Below are positions 20,279 through 29,867 of a stretch of 64,000 bases of DNA, piece after piece. The notes under the pieces were generated by a model. It searched no databases. It was not told the DNA's origin and saw only the letters and a list, made by a program, of their open reading frames with translations. A program made the translations under genes and the position numbers. Where the stretch lies: the IMG/VR virus record IMGVR_UViG_3300025133_000020. One strand, 5' to 3'. Source of the stretch: a virus (lineage: Duplodnaviria; Caudoviricetes). Within the stretch, counting starts at the first letter, position 1; every line of letters starts with the position of its first letter.

Positions 20279-20515
20279 ATGAATAATATATGGAAAGTAG
20301 TATTTGCTAATTTAGTTGCTGAGAATTCAACTTATAAAGCCGAGTTGCAGAGACTGTACAACTTGACCGATGTGTCAGTTGGTAGTAAAAGCTCACAGAT
20401 AAGTGAGGCGTTGGGTAATTTAGTAATAAGTGACGCTAAGGTGATAAAGTGGCAAGAAATGAAGCCAACAGAGCCAGTAAAAGAAGGAGAAAATGGAGAA
20501 GTTCGAGAAGATTAA
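20279..20515 (+). CDS. hypothetical protein
   Basis: Host-type promoter directly upstream. Confidence 0.5.
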   Translation: MNNIWKVVFANLVAENSTYKAELQRLYNLTDVSVGSKSSQISEALGNLVISDAKVIKWQEMKPTEPVKEGENGEVRED

Positions 20516-20702
20516 GAAATTTATAGAGGAAATAGAACCTGATGTTAAGAAGTTCTATGAGAAGGAGTTTGACCTTACTGGTGGTAGGGTTACCGTTGGT
20601 ATGCAGAAATTAAAATTATTAGCTCATGATTTGAGGGGAGATATCCTGAAAATCAGAAATGAGAATAAGAGAATAAAAGCCGAGAAGAAAAAATGGAAAT
20701 AA
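20493..20702 (+). CDS. histone H1-like (Hc1-type) nucleoid protein
   Basis: MEKFEKIKKFIEEIEPDVKKFYEK..GGRVTVGMQKLK resembles Bacteroidota Hc1-like proteins. Confidence 0.55.
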   Translation: MEKFEKIKKFIEEIEPDVKKFYEKEFDLTGGRVTVGMQKLKLLAHDLRGDILKIRNENKRIKAEKKKWK

Positions 20703-20914
20703 TATTAGCCCTTTTGAACAAATTTTTATGGTTTGGTTTATTCATGTCCATATTGAACATTATTAGACACATTTTCAATGTTATACAGACGTATGTATTA
20801 AGTAATGAACAAGAGAGTGTCAAATACCTAATATCACCAACGGGGTTATTAGTATTAGGTTTATCCGTATCATACGTATTAATGACCATTTTCAGTGGTA
20901 TAGTTTTAAAGTAA
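20693..20914 (+). CDS. small two-TM membrane protein
   Basis: Two hydrophobic segments. Confidence 0.55.
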   Translation: MEIILALLNKFLWFGLFMSILNIIRHIFNVIQTYVLSNEQESVKYLISPTGLLVLGLSVSYVLMTIFSGIVLK

Positions 20915-20918
20915 GGAG

Positions 20919-21560
20919 ATGAGTATACAAGAAAAATTAGATGCATTGAGTCCATTTGTGACTACAATAAGATATAGTGAGAGACCTATCGTTGATATAG
21001 CCTTTCCACCATCATGGGGTTTACCAGAATCAAACAGTATTGAGGTAACGCTACTGGGAGACAGTACCGATGATATTAGTAGGTATATGGTATACGGTGT
21101 GGAGACTGAAAAGGTAGATGTCGATGCGCTATTGGATTACATGTCAGTATCCATTAAACTGAATAAGGAGCGAGAAGCTAAGAAAACTATGCTTAATGAT
21201 AAGATAATGGAACTAACGACATTGTTTGATAAGACAGCATTATCAAAGCTTAAGAAGTTGAAGTTCACATTCGATGAACCTACCATCCCAACAATTAGTT
21301 TGGGTGAAATAGAGGAAGTCGAGGAAGTGGTAGAAGAACCAACATTCGTAGAAGCTGTAAGTGGTGATACCGTTGAAGGTGGTACTCAAACATGGTTAGA
21401 TGCTGGGGAAGATGAAGAAGTGAGAACCCACATTACAAACAACGGTCAGAAGGTTGATTTACCACCTAAGAAGAAGGTTCCAGTACCAGTTGAAGCTCAT
21501 GAAGCCCCAGCATGTAAATGTGCTGCTGGTGAGATGTGCCCTGAGTGTGCAGATATTTAA
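20919..21560 (+). CDS. hypothetical protein
   Basis: 213 aa; acidic, with a C-terminal Cys cluster. Confidence 0.55.
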   Translation: MSIQEKLDALSPFVTTIRYSERPIVDIAFPPSWGLPESNSIEVTLLGDSTDDISRYMVYGVETEKVDVDALLDYMSVSIKLNKEREAKKTMLNDKIMELTTLFDKTALSKLKKLKFTFDEPTIPTISLGEIEEVEEVVEEPTFVEAVSGDTVEGGTQTWLDAGEDEEVRTHITNNGQKVDLPPKKKVPVPVEAHEAPACKCAAGEMCPECADI

Positions 21561-21886
21561 TCTGGTCGATACTCAAACCATTCCTGAACTGTATGAAGGA
21601 CCCACACGGCTCCAGAGGTGAATACACCATCCAAGAATACTGCAATAGGTAAGATACCTACACCAATATTGGTCATAGGTGTTTCCCAACCGAAATATTG
21701 AAAAACGTAGGATAGAAAGAACCCTACCCAAGTGCCCAGACACATCGGACAACTTAACAGTTTACCGAAGAAGTTTGGGCTTATTCTTTGCCAGAATTCT
21801 CTGTGCGTTTGAATGATGCTGCTACCGAAGCACATAATGTTTACCCAGCCATAGGCTAAAAGGATGAAAGTTGCTAATAATACCAT
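21557..21886 (-). CDS. membrane protein with CPMC motif (DUF1360-like)
   Basis: Hydrophobic, with GKLLSCPMCLGTW. Confidence 0.5.
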   Translation of the reverse strand: MVLLATFILLAYGWVNIMCFGSSIIQTHREFWQRISPNFFGKLLSCPMCLGTWVGFFLSYVFQYFGWETPMTNIGVGILPIAVFLDGVFTSGAVWVLHTVQEWFEYRPD

Positions 21887-21946
21887 GTTTTTGTCTTTTG
21901 ATTGGTTAGAAATATATTTACAAATACTGAATAAGTAAATAGTAAT

Positions 21947-22366
21947 ATGGATTTAAGAGAAAACCTTAGAAGAATGTTAATTGAAGGTGTCACTGATAAA
22001 GCTGCTGGCGTATTAATCATGGCTGAAGACACTAAGAAAGTATTGTTGCTGAAACGTGGATGGGCACCTAATAAGGGTGACTGGTCACTATTGAGTGGTG
22101 GTATGGAAGATGGTGAAGATAAGCTGGAATGCCTTAAAAGGGAGATAATGGAAGAGATACAGATTGATGCTGATGAGAAGCTTGATTTGACCTTCATTAG
22201 GTCGGAAGAATTCTCCAAACATGTCTTTCATTACTACGTAGGTCGCACTGAAAGCGAATTCACCCCTACATTGGATGATGAGAATGAGGACTACGGGTGG
22301 TTCGATAAAGATGATTTACCATCACCACTTTACCCCAAACTTAAAGAGAAAATAGATGAGGTATAA
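21947..22366 (+). CDS. NUDIX hydrolase
   Basis: GGMEDGEDKLECLKREIMEEI Nudix box; leader MDLRENLRRMLIE. Confidence 0.88.
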   Translation: MDLRENLRRMLIEGVTDKAAGVLIMAEDTKKVLLLKRGWAPNKGDWSLLSGGMEDGEDKLECLKREIMEEIQIDADEKLDLTFIRSEEFSKHVFHYYVGRTESEFTPTLDDENEDYGWFDKDDLPSPLYPKLKEKIDEV

Positions 22367-23034
22367 TGGGTAGAAAGAAGAAATATCATACTGAAGAAGA
22401 ACGGTTAGCCGCTAAAAGAAAGTCCAACAGAGCATCAAATAAACGAAGGAGAGAGAAACTGGGTAATACTAAGGAAACGGTTGAGTATCAGAAGGAATAT
22501 AGAAAGAAGAATAAGATACGTTTAACAGAGAAGAGGAAGGAGTATTACGAAAATAATCGGGAATCTTTTCTAGAATATCAGAAGAAATATAGAGAAACTA
22601 ACGCAAACGCTATAAGAGAACGTAAAAATTCGTATCAGAGGGATAAAAGAGCTAATGACCCATTATTTAAACTTAGGGGTAATATCTCATCATTGATTAG
22701 GTATGGGTTGGATAGGGGTGGCTACATCAAACACTCTAAAACTCAAGATATACTTGGGTGTTCTTTTGAAGAGTTCAAAGAACACATAGAATCTCAATGG
22801 GAGCCTTGGATGAATTGGGGTAATTACGGTAACCCTAAAGATGGTATATTTGAAGCCAATAAAACATGGGACATTGACCACATTATACCTATTAGTAACG
22901 CTATCAATGAAGGGGAGGTAATTTTACTAAACCACCACTCCAACCTACAACCATTATGTAGTTATGATAATAGGTTTATTAAAAATTCTGACTTTAATCT
23001 TGACAAAGACAGAATTTATCCCTACATTGGATGA
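22366..23034 (+). CDS. HNH-type free-standing endonuclease
   Basis: Basic helical N-terminus; WDIDHIIP...LNHHSNLQPLCSYDN. Confidence 0.75.
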   Translation: MGRKKKYHTEEERLAAKRKSNRASNKRRREKLGNTKETVEYQKEYRKKNKIRLTEKRKEYYENNRESFLEYQKKYRETNANAIRERKNSYQRDKRANDPLFKLRGNISSLIRYGLDRGGYIKHSKTQDILGCSFEEFKEHIESQWEPWMNWGNYGNPKDGIFEANKTWDIDHIIPISNAINEGEVILLNHHSNLQPLCSYDNRFIKNSDFNLDKDRIYPYIG

Positions 23035-23143
23035 TGAGAATGAGGAATACGGATGGTTTGCCGAAGATGACCTACCATCACCATTATACCCTCATACCAA
23101 AGAAAAAGTAGAAGCGCTATGCAAGAAGAGCAAGAAGGAATAG
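23012..23143 (+). pseudogene. displaced 3' end of another NUDIX allele
   Basis: Encodes EFIPTLDDENEEYGWF...; 27 nt (23020-23046) are identical to 22264-22290. Confidence 0.85.
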
Positions 23144-23451
23144 ACGAGAGTCAGTACAGAACAATAGAAGAAATCCTACAAGCAAGTAAGGATAGTGTAA
23201 GTAAACTCAAAGAAGAGATAGAGTTTATGGAAAACAACGAACGCACCGAAACCTTAGAGAGCGTACAGAACAGTATCAAGGCTGATAATATGAATACTGT
23301 TAGAAAGAAAGAAAAATTCATCAACGATATCACATCTGGTTTGATTAAGGACATTAAACGTAATAAGGGTGTTAAGAGGGTCGAACCTAAAAAGGAGCCT
23401 AAGAAAGACGTTATCAAGAATGCTATAATCAGCATATTCAAAAAGTTTTAA
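23119..23451 (+). CDS. hypothetical protein
   Basis: Charged 110-aa ORF. Confidence 0.5.
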   Translation: MQEEQEGIDESQYRTIEEILQASKDSVSKLKEEIEFMENNERTETLESVQNSIKADNMNTVRKKEKFINDITSGLIKDIKRNKGVKRVEPKKEPKKDVIKNAIISIFKKF

Positions 23452-23453
23452 TC

Positions 23454-23696
23454 ATGATTAGAGAATATACATTAACCTACGATGATATCATCAGAACCAT
23501 TTCAGAAATGGTGAATAACGACAAGATAACCAAAGAAGGGTTGGTTCTTCAGTATCAGATATCCGAACACAATCATACGAAATTAGATGAGACCTTGTAT
23601 TATAGAGCTAACCCAGAAGGTAGAGACTTCGAACATAGGGATGTTATTGAGGTTTCTTTAGGTGGAATCGACATTATTATAACGAAACTTCCTTAA
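23454..23696 (+). CDS. hypothetical protein
   Basis: ORF in operon. Confidence 0.5.
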   Translation: MIREYTLTYDDIIRTISEMVNNDKITKEGLVLQYQISEHNHTKLDETLYYRANPEGRDFEHRDVIEVSLGGIDIIITKLP

Positions 23697-23751
23697 AGTG
23701 GTTTACTATGTCAATTTAATTCGGTAGCTTTGAACATATAAACGAATCAAC

Positions 23752-24003
23752 ATGAACAAAAAGAGAATAGTAGTAAAGAATAGCGACAAGCTAACAAGCA
23801 TGGTTCACGACAGAAAAGTTGTTGATGAATATCTGGTTTATCTGTTAGACGATGAGACCTTTATGAGTGCAGACGTAGTATATGGTACGGAAGAAAAAGA
23901 TATTCTAATAAAACAATTAATAAAGGATAACTGTGAGGGTATGAAAGTATCCGATGTGGTCATAGAAGTACCATTCGCAGAGTTTTTAAAACAATTTGAT
24001 TAA
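23752..24003 (+). CDS. hypothetical protein
   Basis: ORF after a promoter-like spacer. Confidence 0.5.
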   Translation: MNKKRIVVKNSDKLTSMVHDRKVVDEYLVYLLDDETFMSADVVYGTEEKDILIKQLIKDNCEGMKVSDVVIEVPFAEFLKQFD

Positions 24004-24298
24004 AATGGAAGGAGTAAGTAAAGAGAACCCACTAATTCTACTAGCCTATATGGATAGAGAGTTATGTAAGAACAAGGAAGTAATGGCTATCCTTAATGCG
24101 AATATGAATGATGTGATAGCAGCTAAAGGGGCTAACATAATGTATTTTATCCTACCAACTGATGGTGATGAGAGAATGGAGTGTATTAATCCAGTACAAT
24201 TAGAGAAGCCTGATATGGACAGGATTAACAAACTGGTTCATGACCTTGAGGTTCAATTCGATATGGGGCAAGGTGCTGACGATGGAAAACACGATTAA
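23996..24298 (+). CDS. hypothetical protein
   Basis: Coupled ORF. Confidence 0.5.
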   Translation: MIKMEGVSKENPLILLAYMDRELCKNKEVMAILNANMNDVIAAKGANIMYFILPTDGDERMECINPVQLEKPDMDRINKLVHDLEVQFDMGQGADDGKHD

Positions 24299-24593
24299 TT
24301 TCGAAGACCCCAGAGTTGATTCTGGCAAGTATTATTATCTGGATGATGATAAACTTAAACATATCACCAAACTGAAAGATATGGTAGGTGGTGTCATCTA
24401 TTTTTTCATAGGTAGTACCCCATCAACACCTTCAGACGTACAATTCATGTTTGTGAAATGTACCGAACATTATAGTGACTTTGATGTGATATTAGGTTCC
24501 ACCGATTGGAAGTATTTCCCACTATTTTTGAAGAAGAACGTAAAGGAGAAACTAAAAGAATTGAATGATGAGCAAAAAAATATTACTGTGTGA
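24282..24593 (+). CDS. hypothetical protein
   Basis: Likely start MENTINF. Confidence 0.45.
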   Translation: MENTINFEDPRVDSGKYYYLDDDKLKHITKLKDMVGGVIYFFIGSTPSTPSDVQFMFVKCTEHYSDFDVILGSTDWKYFPLFLKKNVKEKLKELNDEQKNITV

Positions 24594-24975
24594 TATTGAC
24601 GGTACCATTTGTGAAGATATTCCAAATGAGGAAATGGAACGTATGAAAACGGCTAAAGTCTTCCCAGATGCTAGGGAGCGATTGAATCGATGGTATGATG
24701 AAGGGGATGAAATCCATTTCTGGACATCCAGAACCGATGACATGCGAGAAATCACCGAGATTTGGCTCAAAGATAACGGTTTCAAATACCACACGATAAT
24801 CATGAATAAACCCAGAATTAAAGACGATGAGGTTTATATGTGGATTGATAATAAACCAGTAAAAGGTGTTACACATAAAGGTAGGTGGACAGCACTGGTA
24901 AAGAAAACCGTGGAAATCGAAGAATTCGCAACACAGAAAGACTTTGATGACTACCAACAAGAAGCTGAGGACTAA
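24565..24975 (+). CDS. HAD-superfamily phosphatase
   Basis: CDIDGTI motif I, WTSR motif II, KP motif, IDNK. Confidence 0.8.
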   Translation: MMSKKILLCDIDGTICEDIPNEEMERMKTAKVFPDARERLNRWYDEGDEIHFWTSRTDDMREITEIWLKDNGFKYHTIIMNKPRIKDDEVYMWIDNKPVKGVTHKGRWTALVKKTVEIEEFATQKDFDDYQQEAED

Positions 24976-25256
24976 TGACGGGAAGCGGCTCAACATTGAT
25001 AGTATTCGGTAAACCCAATAAGAATATGAGGGTATACAATGAATGGGAACCTGCGGTTGCCAAAGAGGGTGATTATATTTTAAGTCACGACCCAATATCT
25101 CAAGATGAGTGGACTAAGATACTTGTCACTAAAGTTAATGAGATATCAGGTGAGATGGTAGCTGAGTGGCATAAGAGTGTGGGTATACCTAAAGTTTACC
25201 CAGAAGACTGGGACTTTTACCACCCAAAGAAAGAAAAAGATGACAGGAAAGACTAA
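24975..25256 (+). CDS. hypothetical protein
   Basis: Coupled ORF. Confidence 0.45.
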   Translation: MTGSGSTLIVFGKPNKNMRVYNEWEPAVAKEGDYILSHDPISQDEWTKILVTKVNEISGEMVAEWHKSVGIPKVYPEDWDFYHPKKEKDDRKD

Positions 25257-25470
25257 ACAACCAGAAGTGAATATCTTCGAAGTATTCGAAGGTGACGGTA
25301 AGGAAGAGACTCCACAACCAAAAACTGAGAGCAGCCCAATAAAGGGTAAACCAATCAGTCAGGCTCCAGTTAGGGGTGACGAGATGAATGAAAACATCCA
25401 AAAACTACAACATCAGATAACCGACCAGAACAAACGATGGTTTGGGTTCGGAATACCTAAGAAGCGTTAA
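25240..25470 (+). CDS. hypothetical protein
   Basis: Likely start MTGKTKQP. Confidence 0.45.
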   Translation: MTGKTKQPEVNIFEVFEGDGKEETPQPKTESSPIKGKPISQAPVRGDEMNENIQKLQHQITDQNKRWFGFGIPKKR

Positions 25471-26382
25471 GGTCTGGTAGAACTTCACCTAACTTTAACA
25501 TATTTATAAGTGTGAGACTCTACCCAATATTTGAAACCCTTATTACATCAAACGATGAGTATAATATAGACTCATATATGAATGGGACTATAACAGAAGT
25601 CGAATTTTTTCATGGTTTAGAGCAACTTCACGAAGGTGTGGGAGATAAACTAGTCAATTTTGTGGGTAAAATGCTCACCAAGCTTAAAAGTTACTTTAAT
25701 GATATTGCTAAATACGGTAAGAAACTATTAAAAGCGTTAGGGTGGTTAGTCGATAAGACTAAAGGCATCTACGATAAATACCCAAATGTAGTTAAAGCCT
25801 TAGTTATCCTTACGGTTATGGTAGCACTGATATTAGTGTCAACCGCAGCAGTTGCTGCTGGTGGCGAACCTATTAGTATCGACCCAACATATTTGAACGT
25901 AGTCATAGGTTATGCAAACGAAACTGAAATAGCCCCTAAATCATTAGCAATGCTAATTGACGCAAAAGATGGAACTATAGATGATGCTCAATGGAACGCT
26001 AATGAGGTTAAAAATGTCTTCAGCCAATTGAAGAATGAATTGACCGAAGCCCTCAATGGTATCAGAGCCAAGCAAGTTATCGATGATGCTGATAGTGCCA
26101 CCGCATTTGATGCTATGAGCGATAGGATTAACACTATGCAGGGTCAATCTAACAGCGACATTGAAAGATTAAGGGGTAAGCTTGATGCTATGCCCTTCAA
26201 ACCTAATCCAGATAAGGCTCTTATGCTTATTGACATGTTACATGAAATGGGGGAGAAGCTGGTAGGGTACTCATATAAGATTACCACAAAGGACGCTGAT
26301 GGGTATGACCAAATTAGACAAGTATATAATTTTTACGGTAAACAGTAACGTGGGATACCTAAGAAACGTTAAGGTCTGGTAG
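25450..26382 (+). repeat. 31-bp direct repeats (29/31 identical) flanking an inserted gene cassette
   Basis: GGAATACCTAAGAAGCGTTAAGGTCTGGTAG (25450-25480) and GGGATACCTAAGAAACGTTAAGGTCTGGTAG (26352-26382). Confidence 0.85.
25512..26348 (+). CDS. hypothetical membrane-anchored protein (moron-like insert)
   Basis: GTG start just after TATTTATA; one strong TM segment. Confidence 0.6.
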   Translation: MRLYPIFETLITSNDEYNIDSYMNGTITEVEFFHGLEQLHEGVGDKLVNFVGKMLTKLKSYFNDIAKYGKKLLKALGWLVDKTKGIYDKYPNVVKALVILTVMVALILVSTAAVAAGGEPISIDPTYLNVVIGYANETEIAPKSLAMLIDAKDGTIDDAQWNANEVKNVFSQLKNELTEALNGIRAKQVIDDADSATAFDAMSDRINTMQGQSNSDIERLRGKLDAMPFKPNPDKALMLIDMLHEMGEKLVGYSYKITTKDADGYDQIRQVYNFYGKQ

Positions 26383-27082
26383 TTGTTCGTCTTATCTTCT
26401 GATAAGTCCAATCCGTATTATCAAATATGATTTCATATAGCATGGGTATATTCGCATCTGAACAAGTACCCATGAATACTAACCCTTTCAATTTGAATTT
26501 CTCCGCACTATCATTAAGTAAGTGGTGAAGTCGTTGACAATCCCTCTTATTCTTACAGATTACCATATCAAACCGTTCTTCATTATGGATTACAAGCTTA
26601 TTATGTACGACAATGACCTGTCTACTACGTTTAGCATCTTTAGCGTCATCCATAACTACCCTAACCACATCCTTAATGGTCTTTCTATCCTTCTTTGATG
26701 GGTGACCATATATCCAGAACTCTTCTTCAATCTCGTAGTCGGCACTAGTGACAACCGTCCATAGGTCAAATATCGGTTTTTCTATCACTAACCTACCAAC
26801 CTCATCTCTAATGGTCCTATGCCAATCATCAGGCTCAATATCCTTTACCAAATATAACTCATACTTAATCGGTTTGATGGTACCATCGTTTACATATCTC
26901 TTAGGAAATATAACCTCTGCGTTCTCAGCTTTGAATTGATTAAAACGCCTATAGGCGGTAGCTTCCGTCCTACATCTGTGTAGTGTATAACGATACTCCC
27001 CATTACCAGTTAATATTGTCCTATATTTAGACTTCCTATTCATTATATTTGGATATGTCATTAAAATACCGTATATTTGCAT
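26369..27082 (-). CDS. hypothetical protein
   Basis: 237-aa ORF divergent from dnaJ. Confidence 0.6.
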   Translation of the reverse strand: MQIYGILMTYPNIMNRKSKYRTILTGNGEYRYTLHRCRTEATAYRRFNQFKAENAEVIFPKRYVNDGTIKPIKYELYLVKDIEPDDWHRTIRDEVGRLVIEKPIFDLWTVVTSADYEIEEEFWIYGHPSKKDRKTIKDVVRVVMDDAKDAKRSRQVIVVHNKLVIHNEERFDMVICKNKRDCQRLHHLLNDSAEKFKLKGLVFMGTCSDANIPMLYEIIFDNTDWTYQKIRRTTTRP

Positions 27083-27096
27083 AAAATCAAGACTAA

Positions 27097-28143
27097 ATGA
27101 GCGAAAGCTATTACGACATACTTGGTGTGGCTAAGAATGCTGACCAGAAAACCATTAAGAAAGCCTATAGGGATTTAGCCAAGATACATCACCCAGATAA
27201 AGAGGGTGGTGATGAGGATAAGTTCAAGAAAATCTCAGCAGCGTATGATACTCTAAGTGATGAGGATAAGCGTAGGGCATATGATAATCCAGCATCAAGA
27301 GGTAGAGGTGGTATGGGTGGATTTTCCATGGATGATGTACATGACTTCATGAGGGGTTTCCGACAAGCGGATAGAAGAGCATCACCAAGAATAGACCCTA
27401 ACATTAGGTTACACTTGAATATAACCTTGGAAGAGGTCTTTGAGGGTAAAGAGGTGGAGATAAACTATGCTAGATTGCTGGTATGTGATACCTGTAAGGG
27501 TGAAGGTGGGGATACTCCGATACCTTGTACTGCATGTAATGGTAGTGGTCATAATGATAGACCAATGGGTGGTGGTCATGTAATGAGAACACTATGTAAC
27601 GCATGTAGTGGTACTGGTGAGACGCTCAAGAATACATGCCCTGATTGTACCGAAGGTTATAAAGAGACCAAACTGGATGCCAAAGTAACCATACCACCAA
27701 GTAGTATAGATGGTGAGCAAGTTGGTTATGAGGGGTTGGGTAACGAGGTTCGTAAAGGTGCTTTTGGTGCTTTGATTATAGTGATTAAACACACCCGACA
27801 TAAGACCTTCATTATGGATAACAACTACAGGTTCAACTTAATACAAACTCTTGAGTTGACGTACCCTGAAATGATGTTGGGTTGTGAAAAGGTGGTATCA
27901 GAGATTAGTGGTAAGAAATTAAAGATGAAGGTACCACCATTAACTCGTGATGGTGACGAACTAAGAATGAAGGGTAAAGGGTTGAAGCTGAAGTACGTCA
28001 ACAATAGAACTGGTGAGAAGACTGTATCCGAAGATAGAGGGGATATGTTCATCATACCTACCCTTATTATACCTGAGAGTATTACGGACGAAGAGAAGGC
28101 TCTATTGGAGCAATTGAGAGATTTAAAAGAAAAAGTTTCGTAA
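27097..28143 (+). CDS. dnaJ: DnaJ chaperone
   Basis: J domain with HPD, G/F region, four CxxCxGxG-type repeats, C-terminal domain. Confidence 0.92.
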   Translation: MSESYYDILGVAKNADQKTIKKAYRDLAKIHHPDKEGGDEDKFKKISAAYDTLSDEDKRRAYDNPASRGRGGMGGFSMDDVHDFMRGFRQADRRASPRIDPNIRLHLNITLEEVFEGKEVEINYARLLVCDTCKGEGGDTPIPCTACNGSGHNDRPMGGGHVMRTLCNACSGTGETLKNTCPDCTEGYKETKLDAKVTIPPSSIDGEQVGYEGLGNEVRKGAFGALIIVIKHTRHKTFIMDNNYRFNLIQTLELTYPEMMLGCEKVVSEISGKKLKMKVPPLTRDGDELRMKGKGLKLKYVNNRTGEKTVSEDRGDMFIIPTLIIPESITDEEKALLEQLRDLKEKVS

Positions 28144-28211
28144 AGGGGTTGAATTGTTGGGATTAATTGTGTATATTCGTATCATAACAACACAATTAAC
28201 ACCAACAAACA

Positions 28212-28643
28212 ATGAGTAAATATTCAGACCTTTATGAGGACATCGAAGATATGTTCCTTAATGCTATTTCAGCAGCCGATTTAGAACATTGCGTGAGAAT
28301 CCGCACGTTAAATTGCGCCAACCAAAAAGACATTACTAAAGTAACCAAAGCTACCGCAATAGTTCAACACTTAACGGGAGCCGAAGTTATCATTACAGTA
28401 AACCAATTGGTTTTCGAACAATTGGACGACCTGTACAAACAAATCGTTATTGATGAGGCGTTAGCTCGTATCTATTTCGATGCGGAAAAGGGTAAGGTGG
28501 TACTTAAGAAGCCAGACTTTGAGACATTCTCATTGGTGTTGGCGAAGTACACAACCCCTGTTATGCTTGCAGAGCGTGATACTGTAAGAGCAATCTACAC
28601 TCAAAAGGATGAAGAGCCAGCCGAATTAACCACAGGAAACTAA
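28212..28643 (+). CDS. hypothetical protein (phage metallopeptidase-like fold possible)
   Basis: IVIDEALARI..KPDFE pattern; weak resemblance only. Confidence 0.35.
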   Translation: MSKYSDLYEDIEDMFLNAISAADLEHCVRIRTLNCANQKDITKVTKATAIVQHLTGAEVIITVNQLVFEQLDDLYKQIVIDEALARIYFDAEKGKVVLKKPDFETFSLVLAKYTTPVMLAERDTVRAIYTQKDEEPAELTTGN

Positions 28644-29338
28644 TGGATATGTTAAGCGATTTCAGGAGCTACGCCATGAATCATATGGGTATTAGTAGTA
28701 TGCAACTCCATTACTGGGATAAAACTCAGGATGGGTTGTATGACCCAAGGGCATCCATGACACCTTATATCATCGAAGAGTTCGATAGAAGAGGTGTACA
28801 GATGGATATCTTCTCTCGTATGATGATGGATAGAATCCTATGGACGGTGGGAGTGGTAAACGACAACATGTCAACGGTGGTTAACGCCCAGTTGATGTGG
28901 TTGAACCAACAGGATAAAACGGAAGATGTGCTAATGTATGTCGACTCTCCAGGTGGTTCAGTTAAGTCAGGCTTATCAATGGTGGATACGATTAACTACA
29001 TCGATTGTGATGTATCAACCGTAAACATCGGTATGGCAGCAAGTATGGGAAGTATCCTATTAGGTTGCGGTGCCAAAGGTAAACGAGCAGCTTTACCACA
29101 CTCAAAGGTGATGCTACACCAAGTTAGTTCTGGTGCGCAGGGTAATGTTCAGGATATGAAAATCAGTTTGGAAGAAGCTATCAAATACAATGATGAGTTA
29201 TTCGAATTATTGGGTGAGTACACTGAGAAGAAACCTGAGCAAGTGAAGAAGGATGCAACCAGAGATTTCTGGTTGAGCGCTGATGAAGCATTGAAGTATG
29301 GTCTAATCGATGAGGTTGTGACCAAAAAGAAAAAGTAA
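28643..29338 (+). CDS. clpP: ClpP protease proteolytic subunit
   Basis: DSPGGSV, AASMGSIL (catalytic Ser), MLHQ (His), RDFWLSADEALKYGLID (Asp). Confidence 0.93.
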   Translation: MDMLSDFRSYAMNHMGISSMQLHYWDKTQDGLYDPRASMTPYIIEEFDRRGVQMDIFSRMMMDRILWTVGVVNDNMSTVVNAQLMWLNQQDKTEDVLMYVDSPGGSVKSGLSMVDTINYIDCDVSTVNIGMAASMGSILLGCGAKGKRAALPHSKVMLHQVSSGAQGNVQDMKISLEEAIKYNDELFELLGEYTEKKPEQVKKDATRDFWLSADEALKYGLIDEVVTKKKK

Positions 29339-29344
29339 GTAAAA

Positions 29345-29366
29345 GGGGAGTTTTTCGGAACTCCCC
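29345..29366 (+). terminator. hairpin after clpP
   Basis: GGGGAGTT...GAACTCCCC stem; weak T tail. Confidence 0.5.
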
Positions 29367-29388
29367 ATATTTAATATAGCACAAACAC

Positions 29389-29747
29389 GGGGGTGACTGG
29401 TTTTGACTGTCACTGATTGGGTATGTAAGCAAGCACTGGGATTTAGATTATACCAGTATAAAATGTGTCTGAAAAAACGAAGAGACGAGAATATCGTAAC
29501 TACAGGAGAATACCTTCTAAGAGAAGTCTTTGAAGGGGAGCTAGCGCTAGCTGCATAATAAGCGCCTAATTGAGTAAAGCTTGATAAAACCTCAGTGTCC
29601 ATTCATTGATGAGGTTAACTACAAAGAATGGTGGGTTTGCAAATTCCGACAAAGATTTGCTAGTTTGTTTATTTAGAAAAATATTCTAAGCTTGTAGAAA
29701 GTATATGTAACTTTAATAGGACGAGGGTTCGACTCCCTCCACCTCCA
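29389..29747 (+). ncRNA. ssrA: tmRNA
   Basis: 5' GGGGGTGACTGGTTTTGAC and 3' GGACGAGGGTTCGACTCCCTCCACCTCCA; G3-U70 pair; tag ORF 29502-29558 TGEYLLREVFEGELALAA; CCA not encoded. Confidence 0.92.
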
Positions 29748-29867
29748 CAAAAACATTAATAGTGCTGAAAAGCTTCCACGTAGTGGAACTTTAGACCCTC
29801 TGATAATGCACCTTCAGGGGGCTTTCTTTTTATATTAACACCATATTTACTATTAAAGGAGATAGTT

